From Trichoplax sp. H2 (Eukaryota): a stretch of 50,927 nucleotides of DNA. The DNA lies in the NCBI GenBank assembly GCA_003344405.1, contig NOWV01000029.1:558001-608927 (forward strand), read 5' to 3'. Both the position numbers and the translations under genes were made by a program. This document shows, one piece after another, positions 17,097 through 29,079 of the stretch (its first letter is position 1; each line of letters opens with the position of its first letter). Under the pieces are notes generated by a model that saw only the letters and a program-made list of their open reading frames with translations, did no database searches and was not told the origin of the DNA.

Positions 17097-17140
17097 AGTG
17101 TACAGTACAGTCCAATCCAGTATAGTACTGTACTGTACTA
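17097..17140. repeat. TACAG/TACTG patch
   Basis: tagtgtacagtacagt...tagtactgtactgtacta. Confidence 0.7.
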
Positions 17141-18394
17141 GTAAGTAGGACGAACTGGTTTTAAAATAGCAAGTCGTGAATTCTAATGATTATATAAATC
17201 TTCATCCGCATCATGATGAATTCAAACTTGAGCTTTTATTTGTAACAGTAATTTAAAAGGTGTATGAAGGTGCCTTTACGTAGTGTTGAGCTATACCAAA
17301 GGAGCGGAGACAATATTGCATTGCGTTTGTATATGGTTTACATAGATTGTGAAGAAAAGATACGCTATGGGAGGTGCAGCTGCAAGAGGTTTTTTTTTTA
17401 AATAAATAAAATAAAATTAATTAAATATGTAGATCCGTTTTCAACTCGGTATGAATTGATTGATTGGTTACTGTACGTTATAGTTACACGTGTTTCACTT
17501 AGACATCATCCATTTGTTATAACTGTAGAGCACAGCAGCTTCACCAAGTGAATGATCCCCCAAAAAGAAGAGATAGAAATGTACAGCAGCGTTACATTCT
17601 ATGTAGATAACGAGTAATACAATTTTCGTTTTTGCACGCGAGTACAAGATAAAAAAGTATGGCTTACTGTATTTTATAAAACACGGTACTGTATTCTGAA
17701 ATAGTTTTATTTCAGCCTGCACCCTGCAGGCATTGATGAATTATTATATTGTATTTTAAGCTTAACCTTGCCGGTTTATTAGCAGTGGTAACATATACTC
17801 GTCTATAGTCATTGAAAGTATTTTCGAGATTTCAAGGTGGGCCAAAAATGAGAAAGCGTTCTTACCTTGACTTTTTTGGTTACAGCTAGCAATAATTAGT
17901 GGTAAAAGAATTGGTTCTACGGTAGTATTATACTGTCATCAGACGGTCATGAATTAATAGTTCATGCTCATCTCCACTGAGCACGGGCTCGACGGTAAGG
18001 TGTGTTCCAATTTGAAGTTTCCAGCTCAATTTGTGCACAGTATGCAAAGTTCCAAATAAGTGGTGATTAATTACTCTCTCTCTATCTCTCTAAGTACAGT
18101 ACACGAAAGTATTATTGGTATTAATACAGTACTGAATCGATTCTATCACTAGATTTAAAAAATGTACAGAGATACTACAACCAGTGCCCTAGAACTACAG
18201 TTCTGCAATCTCTAAACTGAGTCTTAAATAATAGTATATATATACAGTTTATATGATAAATTTACTGTATGTTAAGCCAGTCTTAACCGTAGTTAATAGG
18301 TGGTCACAATGGAGTGACTGTGTTTTACTATAGTGTTCACTTGGGCTTTTAAACTATTGTAATTTCAATTTCAACAATCGTCGTAGCTCGATTT

Positions 18395-18865
18395 ATTGTA
18401 CTGTACAGTACCGTCGTATCCAGTACGTTACGTTACGGTACGTAAGGGTACCAGTACAGTATTGTACTGTACAGTACTGTAATGAAACTGAATACTGCAC
18501 TGTACTGTACTGTACAGTACTGTAATTTGTTATCTTTAACACTACAGTACAGTACAGTACTGTAGATAACAGTTCGCACGACACGCATACGGAGTCCACG
18601 GACTCAAGATAAAAAAATTTCATTCAAATTTTACTCACATGACTGTACAGTACACTGTACAGTACTGTAGCGTACGCTACAGAGTAGAAACCGAACTACA
18701 CCTGGACAGTAATTCACCAGACCTTCCTCTTTCTACACGTTTCAAATTTTGAGAATTTTACTGTAAAAATCTTAAATCTTCATAAAAGTTTGCACGGATT
18801 TCTCTTCAAGAAATTCTACACGCTGTACACCGTACTGTACAGTACTATGCTATACTGTACAGTAT
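18395..18865. repeat. Large TACAG/TACTG patch interleaved with unique sequence
   Basis: Many tacagta/tactgta/tacggta units, e.g. 18459-18480, 18499-18524, 18542-18565, 18642-18669, 18824-18864. Confidence 0.85.
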
Positions 18866-19139
18866 ATTGCTTGTGTAAACTACTCGTTTGTACTCGGTAG
18901 TTTACAGCCTAATTTCTGTATACGTATTCAAGCACTTGTATATCTGGCTGCTACATATGCATATTCATATTAATGACGCTTGGGGTTTGTGTAATTATCA
19001 ATTAAATACTACTTAGAGAACGCTTCCGATATTGCTTATACCTGCAATTTACAAGTAGCCACATCGATCAAAAAGTGTACAATGAGTAGCACCATTTTTG
19101 GTTTGGGTGTAGCGTTGATACTCGATAATTATAGTGGAT

Positions 19140-19185
19140 ATGCTATGGTGGCATGATGAGAATTCTCATCATGCCACCATAGCAT
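19140..19185. repeat. Perfect 46-bp palindrome with no loop
   Basis: atgctatggtggcatgatgagaa|ttctcatcatgccaccatagcat. Confidence 0.95.
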
Positions 19186-19257
19186 GTCAACGATATCAGG
19201 GGCGGTTGACATTGAGATAAAAGCTTACTCAAAGGTTAAAATGCTCGCCACGCCCGA

Positions 19258-19360
19258 TACACTGTACAGTACAGTACTGTAAACTAGAGGGTCCCTGCTA
19301 CTGTACAGTACAGTACAGTATACTGTAGTAAGGGTCTCTACAGTACAGTACTGTACTGTA
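19258..19360. repeat. TACAG/TACTG patch abutting the MITE
   Basis: tacactgtacagtacagtactgta...tactgtacagtacagtacagtatactgta...tacagtacagtactgtactgta. Confidence 0.85.
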
Positions 19361-19884
19361 CACTAATGGCCAATAAAAGTGTAATAAAGGCTTCTTGACG
19401 GCCATTTTTGCGGTCAAATCAACTTAATTTTTGAATATGTAGAATTCAATTTCAATTGTTCAAACAAGGTCAAAAATTTCTTAAAATACACGAAAATAGA
19501 GAGAAAAATCGAAAATTTCTATATTTAAATATTTTATTTCGAATTAAGCTTTACTGACCGCAAATGAAAATTTTAAAAATACAACATTCGAGTGAGCATA
19601 AGAATTAGACCCCCCAAAAAGATGGCGTCCGTCGAAAAAAATCATTGGTCGACTTAAGAGCGTGCTGTTACCAATTGGAAAAACTTGTAACGGCTAAATG
19701 ACCCACTCTGTAGCCTGTTAAATATCTTCATATATCATATAAATAGGATAATAAAGCTTACAAATTTGAGATTTCTTTCTATGGATACAAAATAAGAAGT
19801 GCTATCTTTTTAGGTTTTAACAGCTTTTAGACTAGGATTTTGGATATTCAATTTTTTCGATTGCACTTTCATTGGCCATTACTG
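19361..19884. mobile_element. Non-autonomous Tc1/mariner-like element (MITE), 524 bp
   Basis: Terminal inverted repeats cactaatggccaataaaagtgtaat vs cagtaatggccaatgaaagtgcaat (22/25 identical). Left flank TA, right flank TT; AT-rich non-coding interior; TIR start resembles Tc1 CAGTGCTGGCCAAAAAG. Confidence 0.75.
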
Positions 19885-20738
19885 TTCCGACAATGTGTGA
19901 TGGACATGCGCCGAACCGGACTCACGACCCTGGTCGAGTCTGTAGACCTGGCTAATTTCTGAACGGAACCGTGACCGTCAAGAGGTGAACAGGTGCACAC
20001 CGCACAGCAGTCTGATTTGCTTGCTTTGATAGAACAGCGCGGGATGGCAAGAACCGGTTATCGCAAAACATTGCCATGGCTTTTAATTATATTAGGTAGG
20101 ATCAAGTAGAACATACACTGCAGGCCTACATAAATACATCTGGCTGCATGTTCTTATTTTTGCATATGTTTCTTTAGCATTGTTGCGTACAATCGCACAT
20201 CGCTACGTACATATATGCTGTACAGTACTGTATATATATAGTGCAGTAGTACCTTAATCTCGGAGAGCATCAATTGCTCTACATGTACAGTATATCAACT
20301 CGTATAGCATAGGTAAATGATTGGGGTTTTGCTAATAGCAATTCGACAAAAATCCTCTACAAAACCACTCTTTTACTCAATGCAGCACATTTGTAGATTA
20401 AGTAATTACTTATACGTACGCTTATACTGTATATTGTACTGTACTATAGAACAAAGTAGCAAGATGGCTATTCTCAAGGCTAGCTTGTGAGAATAATCCT
20501 AGTCATCTCGTTCATACCAATAGTAATATTCAGCAGTGTCTGCTGTGCAATGCTGTTCGCTTGTCCTAAATGATTAAACCAACTGCTAGAAGCTTAAATG
20601 TATATGCACAGAATGCACTTAAAATATTATCCTGTAGTACTGTAGAGTTAAAAAATCTTCAATCGGTTATCTTTTTATTGTATAAGCTCCTAGTCTGATG
20701 TCTGATACCGTTATCAAACGTATCAATTTGCATTGTAG

Positions 20739-22204
20739 TATACCTTGTTTATGTCAATTTTTGGCCTCGGGAAAAACCGAATAACCAAGTTGGTGCAGTA
20801 ATACATCAAGCGGCCAATCAAGAGAATGCAGCGTTGGATAAAGTAGCTTTGGATGCACCAGTATTGAATAAGGTAGATACTAAAGATGAATTAGAGGTAC
20901 TTGAGGATACCACTATTTTGGAGAGAATGTTAGATTTATGTAATTCAGCAAAAAAGCCCATTGTTGGTATGGAAGGTACCTTGCCGGACTCATTAGTATC
21001 TCAATACCAATTAAAGTCAGTTTATGCGGTTATGCGCCATGGCGATAGAACTCCTCTCAGAGCATCCAAATTAGCCCAAGATAGTAGTAAAGAAATCAAA
21101 TTTTGGAAATCCAGATGTCATGATGCGGTTGGCTTCCAAAGAAAAAAGGTAGCAAGATACTATAATGGTGTTGATGACAGAATTCAAATTAAATCTTTAG
21201 GGGATAATGCTAACGTTGGCCACCCTTTATCTCATGCTACATCTGTCTGCGACTATGGACAACTGACTAATGCTGGTGTTGAACAGTTTTTAAAACTAGG
21301 GAATTTCTTTCAGGATATTTATATTAATCATCTTAAATTAATTCAAGAGGAGCATCTTCATCAACAGGTCAGCTTTCGCTCTACGAAAGTGAGACGGACG
21401 CAACAGAGTGCTGCAGCATTTGTATTTCACTTTCTATCCAAGTTTGATCTGAAACGAAATATAGTTATTGTAGCTGGTGAAGATACTTGGTTTCGCGATT
21501 CCAATGATCAGCCTCGTGCGAAATGTGGCAAAATGAACGAAATTTGGAAAGAGAGTAAAAAAGAGAAAGGAATTATTCACAAGTTGCGAGAGATTGAGTC
21601 AGTCCTTGATGAACTCGCTCCTCTATTCAATAAATCTAGAATTCAAATGGGTAATATCAAGAAGATTGCTGATGATTTTATAACTAGAGTTTGTCACGAA
21701 ACCGAATTACCTTGTGGACCAAAAGGTTGTCTGAGTAAACATCAACTAGCTAAAGTAATTCGCAGCTTAAATCTAGTATCAGAAACTGAATATGAACCAA
21801 TTGCTCCTCTTGCTTTGTATCCATTACTTAAGCGAATACAAGAAGATATGCATAAAATTGTTACTAATTCATCGAATAAAGTTAAGTTTTCATTAATGGT
21901 TGGACATGATTCTACAATTGCTCCGTTACTGTATAGCTTGAAGATCCATAACGAAAAATGGCCAAGGTATGCGGCAAGAGTAGTTTTCGAATTATGGCAA
22001 TCGACAGCAACTAAATCGGAGTACTTTATACGAGTACTATATGATGGCAAGGTCGTCACATCAAAACTGGAATTTTGCACTAGTTCTGATAATAAGGTCG
22101 ATGTTAGTCAGCTATGTCCATATAACTCCTTTAAAGATTACATGAACAATAATGTATTAATTAAAAAGTATGGGCAGAATTATCAAAAAATATGCCAAGG
22201 ATAA
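20739..22204 (+). CDS. PXYLP1: Histidine acid phosphatase, 2-phosphoxylose phosphatase 1 (ACPL2)-like; main exon, N-terminal exon unresolved
   Basis: RHGDRTP catalytic motif, GQLT..G, RST..RT.QSA, GHDSTIAPLL, WPRYAARVVFELW, Cys pattern CH...LPC...GC. The frame stays open upstream of the ORF-track start to an acceptor ttgtag at 20738. Confidence 0.85.
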
Positions 22205-24203
22205 ACTCTTCTATATTGAAGTCTTTACCAGAGTTGATCTTTTATTGACATGAATTGTAAATGAAATATTACTTCATAAAGTATCCTGATAACGATTGTC
22301 TAGTCATTTTTATGCAAATGGACATGGAAATTTCTATTTTCTTGTAATGTTTCTGAAGATAACTGTGACAAGTGTAGTTACATACTTATACAGTATACGA
22401 CCTTTAAAGAAGTCGTATAGATTGTTATATGTTTATAATTACAATAGGTTAGGTTTTCGCGTCATGACTACGCTGCAATGGTTGAAATTTTATTTTATAA
22501 TACAGCATAGTGGAATAACGGTGATATAGCAGTAGTAAAGATTGTTGTACTGTACAATATAAGTTATCTATTTAAATTCTACATTGAGATTTCTATTACT
22601 GAGTTGATTTATGTATAGTACTGTAATTGCTATTTTTAATCTTTATGGATGCATAAATTAGTGCAGTTTCTATGATTGAAATCATACGAATTTTCGCTTA
22701 TCTTAGAATGACATAAGCTACTTAGATCATAAATTTTTATGAATTGAAAGTAAAAGTATTAGCTTTTAATACGTTATTGTATTGAAGCAATATAATATAC
22801 GTAAAAAGCTTCTTACTGAAATCTCAATGTAAAAGATTTGTAAGATCTTTACGAAAGGATGAGTTGCGTGTTTATTTAATATTGTAACAACCATAGCGTA
22901 GTGAAGTTACTGCGAAACGGTAGATTCTTTATTCAATTTTTAGACTTGTAAAAGTACAATATATTTTGACGACTGTTATTTACTCGGTTTGTGTATGCGC
23001 TGTACATTGTACAAGGATATTATTTGCGGTACATGTATTGTCATTACTGAACTGAAAAGTAATGATTAGTTTCTATAATCTAAACTATCAAGGATGTTAT
23101 GGCACTAGGCTCGTATAACATTTAAAAAAAGCCGTAAGTTGAAGAATAAATGCTTTTACCCTTTCTTGGTACGTAGATTCTTAGTACAGTAAGGGTGCGA
23201 TTCTACAATACCTTTATTGCTTAGTTATAATTTATGGAGGCTACTTTAAAACTTTCACGGACAAATTAAATTATAAAAGTTTTGTTAAGGGGTCCTTCGT
23301 GTTCATAATTAACGTGCTCGTGCTGAAGGTTAAGTTACTATTTTGCAGAGTTATCACTCACATTTGATAACTGTAGTTTATAAAAAAAAAAAAATTACTG
23401 TACTTCATGGATACTTGGTAATCAAGGTTAAAAGGACTTTAGCCATTAGAAAGCTTACGCTATTACTACTTAAATCAACGTGATACTTTACAGCTAGTTA
23501 TAAGTAAGTACTGTAGCACTTTGACCAGATCGTCAATAAAGTACTTTACCTCATCTAGTTACAGCTATAAGTGTACATTAAATTTTTATCTCAACTGTAA
23601 ATTATGAAGTTGAGATATCTTTTGAATAAATATAATTACATCGTTTTTAGCAATATTGAATGAAATTGTGTGAGAAAATTGAATATTTGCGCGAGTGCTA
23701 ATCTATGGAAAATAGCTGTTTTAATTGGTGGAGTGGTAATAAAGAATTGGTCACTTCTTACGTACGAATTATACTCGTAATTGTTACTATTACGTGATAA
23801 GACTACTACGACTTTGCTCTTAAGAAAACGCAGATCATCCAATCATAAGATCAGAAAAGCATATTTTATTTTTTACATATCATGAATAATTTGGTTCACG
23901 GTATAATCGAATAAAAGTCAAGCCGTACGATCGATTACATCAAACTGCAAACACCTTCAACAGTTGAATGACTTTCAGTTAATTTGATCTTACAATGGCA
24001 TCCAAAACAAGTATCAGAAAAAAACGTAGCACGTTAATTCAGTGTTCCTGGCAGTATAGCATAGCTTCATTTTAAACACTAACAAAACTAAATGTTATTC
24101 AAAACACAGCACTGTTTATGGTGTAGCACATGTTGTATCCAGCTTTAGATAATTTATCATGAACAGGTAAGATGAAGATGTTTCTTCTCTCACGTTACCC
24201 GAA

Positions 24204-25835
24204 CTAACCTACCAATAAGGTAGTATCAGTGGCAAACTTATAAGAAGGGATTTCTAGATTTAACGGTGCAGGACCTTTCCTAATTCTGCCAGATGCATCA
24301 TAGTGAGATCCATGACAAGGACAGAAATAGCCACCGAATTCACCGGCATCTGCAATAGGTACACAACCTAAATGTGTACACACTCCAATTAATACCAACC
24401 AAGAGGGGTCTTTCACTCGATCATTGTCATGTTCTCGATCACGTAGTTCGTCCAAGTTAACATTTTGTTCTCGTTCAATTTCTGTTGCTGTACGATGACG
24501 GATGAATAAAGGTTTGCCCCGCCATTTGAAAGCTGCACTTTTACCTTCTGGAATGGTAGTTAAATCGACCTCTATTTGGGCCATAGCGAGAACATCTGCT
24601 GATGCACTCATAGTTGATACAAGATCTGTAACTACATTTTTAGCAGCGTGAGCAGCTACAACCCCACCACCTGCAACCATCATATAGGTGAAAGCTCGGC
24701 GACCATCAGGATTGGTATTAGAAGTATCAGGATTTGAATTGGCTGCGCGACGGTAATTGTCGAAACTTGGTACCGTGATATCAGTATGGCTGTGACGTAT
24801 TTGTGATTTCCCTATTTGAAATAATTACAAAACGAAATTAGAAACGACTACAATGTATAAGATATTTAAATTAAGTACGTTGTAAAAGGAGAATGATGGT
24901 GCTATAAAGTTAGTTGAGAATGAATCTTCCGCCTGTATTTGAATGAGTATTTTAATTCAATTCGTAGACTGCAAGAATGTTTATTTTTACTGTATCAATT
25001 TATCTCTTAAAGCATTATTAACTTGGATGAATTACTTCGATGAAATCATGGATCGAGTCTGATCACATTTACTGTCAATTAAAAGTTGAGTTAGCTGCTT
25101 GGACTGAGCAGCTTCGCTTAACGTACTCAACCGTCTCGTACACGAGCACATCCTGCGCGGCACGTACTGTACAATACACTAGCAGTACAGTACTGTACCA
25201 GTGTCAATATTTCACTAGCGTTTTCGTAAGATGATGAATCGCCTTTCAAAATGATGTGAATGTGATTAACAACAGTGATAAAATGTCTCAAGATGGTATT
25301 AACGATGGCTTGATGTATTGATGAATTGATAAGAAAGTCAAATGTATTGACATTGAAAGTGTCAGTACAATTTCAACTATTGTACAAAGTCACCACGGTG
25401 AATTAAGCGTATCCTAAGGTAGTGCCGTAGTTTGAAGTGTTCACCCCAGTGTAGAGTCTACGCCTATCGCGATGTATTACTTTGCTTGCAGGCAAAAATG
25501 CAATAGTGATCAAAGAATAGATTGAACCAGCAGAAAGATGATATCCTCTATTTTAACACGTAGTCGATTCATCCTTGACAAGTTTGCTAATGCAAACGTA
25601 TAACATACGACTAGGTGAAATGAGAGAAGAAGAGTGTCTTATGCAATATTGATATGGAAGGCGATGACCTACCTGATGGCAATTGGCTATTCGATGCAAT
25701 GACAGTAGATCTATCATTGACTCCTATTTTGCTGGCTACAGATGAAATTGCCGGGATTAATCTTGTACTGGAACCATTCAAAAATGTTGAATGAACAATT
25801 TGGGGTAACCCCGAAGCAAGTCGTGAAGAAAACAT
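24204..25835 (-). CDS. UQCRFS1: Cytochrome b-c1 Rieske iron-sulfur subunit, mitochondrial; 2 exons, 256 aa (an extra small exon is not excluded)
   Basis: Exons 25835-25673 (presequence MFSSRLASG...) and 24811-24204, phase-1 intron. Motifs [34 protein letters not shown]. Confidence 0.95.
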
Positions 25836-26188
25836 GGCGACTAATGTGCCGTATGCCGTACGCACTGCGATCGTTTCTGCGATCTTTGACAACACGAGTA
25901 CAGTACAATGATCACCAATCTGGTTGAGTTTCACTCCAGTACAATATACTGTGCACTACAATACTATGTGCTGTAAGTATCCAGTGTAAAGTACTGTATT
26001 CGTGATGCAATTACTGTACTGGACGAGTGTACGTGCTGTAAGCCTGTCACTCGTTCGTACCTACAGTATAATACTGTAAGGTACGCCTTGCTCGTGAACT
26101 TTTTTTACGCTACAGTAGTACAGTACAGTGTACAGTACGTTTTTTCTTTCTTTCTTTTTTTTAGCTTTTTTTCTTTCTTTCTGATACA

Positions 26189-26803
26189 GGTACTGACTAC
26201 CAAATTGGTCTGATTTGGTCATAAAATTGTGTTTTCATATAATTTCAAAATTCGTCGGGAATTCTTCATCAGCCCCCTGCTACAGTACCTAGACCTGAGT
26301 CTGTACCAGAGATGTTCATGGTCTTGTAGAACAATACAGTACAATGTACAGTACAGTACACGGTACTATGTACTGTAAAGGCGTACAGTACACTGTACTG
26401 TGGCAAAAATGATGCGCTCACACTCAACGCCACTAGAACTTTTAGCAGTGGTAAGAGTATCCCTATGGTACTGACTACCAAATTGGTCTAATTTGGTCAT
26501 AAAATTGTGTTTTCATATCATTTCAATCGTCGGGAATTCTTCATCAGCCACCCGGCATAGTACCTCAGATCTTCATGGCCTTGTAGTACGTACAATGTAC
26601 AATTTCAATCGTCGGGAATTCCTCATCAGCCACCCCGGCATAGTAGCAGAGATCTTCATAGTTTCGTAGTACTGTACACTGTACAGTACAGTACATTACA
26701 CAGTGTACTGTACCATGTACTGTAAAACTGTACAGTACACTGTACTGTGGCAAAAAGGATGCGCTCACACTCAACGCCACTTGAACTTTTAGCAGTGGTA
26801 AGA
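26189..26803. repeat. Tandem duplication (unit about 278 bp) with an internal re-duplication, TACAG-rich
   Basis: ggtactgactaccaaattggtc at 26189 and 26467; both copies end agcagtggtaaga; sub-block tcgtcgggaattc(t/c)tcatcagcc occurs three times. Confidence 0.92.
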
Positions 26804-29079
26804 CTGTAAGAGTCTGGTCGATAGTACGTCTGTATTCATTAAGGCGAAAAGCACCGCTCAACTTTCAAAGGCCATTTCTACAGGCTCTTTTGGACTCGTT
26901 GGCTCTCCTATCCTCTATTTTATTCCAGGTAAGATAAGATATCACTCTATTTTTGCCTTTAAAATGCAGTAGCATGGAGAAAGCACAATACTACTCTCCT
27001 CATTTGGATGCTTTTATGAATAGAATTGGTTTTTACATTTGCTTTCTAACTTTTGGGGGTCTTTTCACAGCAGCAATTGATTCCAGTAGTGGACCTAGAT
27101 TGAGAGAGCACAGTAGATAGAATAAAAAACTCTACCGATTGTGTAGATAGTCTACCGTTGAATACCCATCCAGTAGACTAAAAATCGAGGAAATAGTGAT
27201 CATTGCATTTGCAACTGTCTTTTCTTGACTCTTGACGATCAACTGTACATGGTACAAGCACTGTACTACAGTAGTCTCTTCAACGATGCGTCTCAATATT
27301 CTACAATAAGAATGATACGTAGACATGCTTATTAACACGCTGGTCCAAATTTCACCTGATCATAGCTGTAGTCATCTACCATTTCTACTCTATGCTGCAT
27401 TATCGATAGACTAAATACAATCCAATCATTTTTATTGATGTGGCCGTGAAAGCAAACTGACTCTTGGCTATATCAAATCTTTTGAGCAACTCCAACGTGA
27501 ACTCTCGTCATACTCTAGTACTGTATCACAAGGACACTACTATGCGTACAGTACTCTACTCTACTCTACCGTGAATAATACACGGGGAAATTGGAGACTC
27601 GCAATGCATTAATAGCAGCAAAATCAGATACCTCGCAGTGTGAGACAGCTAACGAACCATGGTAATTCAATCCCTATTTTAGAATTTAGCCGTAGAGATG
27701 TTGGTTCCGCAATGGATACTAGATACATAGGTAGACAGCATAGGCTATAGTGCACTAAACGCTTTTATATCGTCTCTTGATAACGAGGGATGAACCGGAG
27801 TTGTTAACAGCATACTTGATGGCCATGATATCTTGAACAATAGTACAGTATGTGACGCGGATAGATCTAATTGATGCAGTAAAAGGCAAGTATTTCTTGC
27901 TGATCATCGTATAAAAGTGGATAGTAGAACGTAAGCGTTTAGAACAGATTTTAGAGTTGAAAATCAACGTAGAATTTCACAACTTTAAGTGCTCGATCAA
28001 GAAGAATTTCGAATTTTTTATTATAGATATTTTTTTACCTACAGTACATTAACGTATCAACGATAGAATGATATCTAATATTGATCCCAGCGGTGAATAA
28101 GTTACTAACAGTGAAATAGAATGATAGTTGAAACTTTATAAGTACTCATACATGATTTAATTAATTCTTTTATGAGAGCTCCAACATTACTCTACTGCTA
28201 CTTTGGAACAGTACTGTATGGTAAAAATCTTTGTACAGTAAATATACAACATAACATTGAGTACTACTCGAAAGCAAGATAGCTCAGAGTGAAAATTCTG
28301 CTTATTTTACGGTCAAACTGTTACCCCTACAGTTATAGACATTGGCAATTAGTATGTGCCCAACGAGCAGTAAATGAAAGCGTCGATACAGTATCGGGCG
28401 ACATGATGCTGTTTTCCAGACGTGAAGCTCTAGCGAATTTACTCTTAGTTATTTATACCCTTAATCATAAATTAGTGCTAAAAAGATAGTCGTCACTGAT
28501 CATTGCCTGTTTATTTTTAAACTGGACTAGCAACATTTTTCTTGCTTCTGTTTGCAGGCTATTGATTTTAAGCTGTGTACAATCTTTCTAGTTAATAGTT
28601 AGTTGCGTTACAGTTAGGATCCATCAACTGCAGCCTGTTTGTTGTACTATTTGCTCACCAATGTGATTAGATTATCTTGCTAATTAACTTTAATGCAGTA
28701 CTAGTCAAAACAATAGATACTACCAAGTGATCACTTATTTTAATATACCCGTACAGAAAGGGATGGATCGCGAGTCTTTACCAATATTTACGGTATCACC
28801 TAGTTAATGTAAATAACTATGGGTTATTGATAATAATTATTTCATTAACATCCGGTAATTATGTTCTCACAGGTTGTTCACTACACTTTAGTCAACTACC
28901 CCTTAATTAATTTTCTCTATATTGTAATTTTATCTCCCTACAGTGACAATCTAATCTAGCTACTGAAGGAGTTCTACGCCACGTCGAATTCACACTCGAT
29001 GCGTAATTCTTTACAAAGTTCCTGTTAGAGTGGTACTGGACCTGAAATTGTAGATTAGAGGTGGTATTCTGCATTCTGT

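Noticed and set aside
18393..18623. ORFs rich in Y/C/T/V/Q/S (also 26269-26861 and 40607-40903)
   Set aside because: These are translations of TACAG/TACTG tracts, not proteins.
21742..22080. Antisense ORFs inside genes (also 29294-29482, 30873-31112, 43140-43478)
   Set aside because: They are shadows of the real coding strand.
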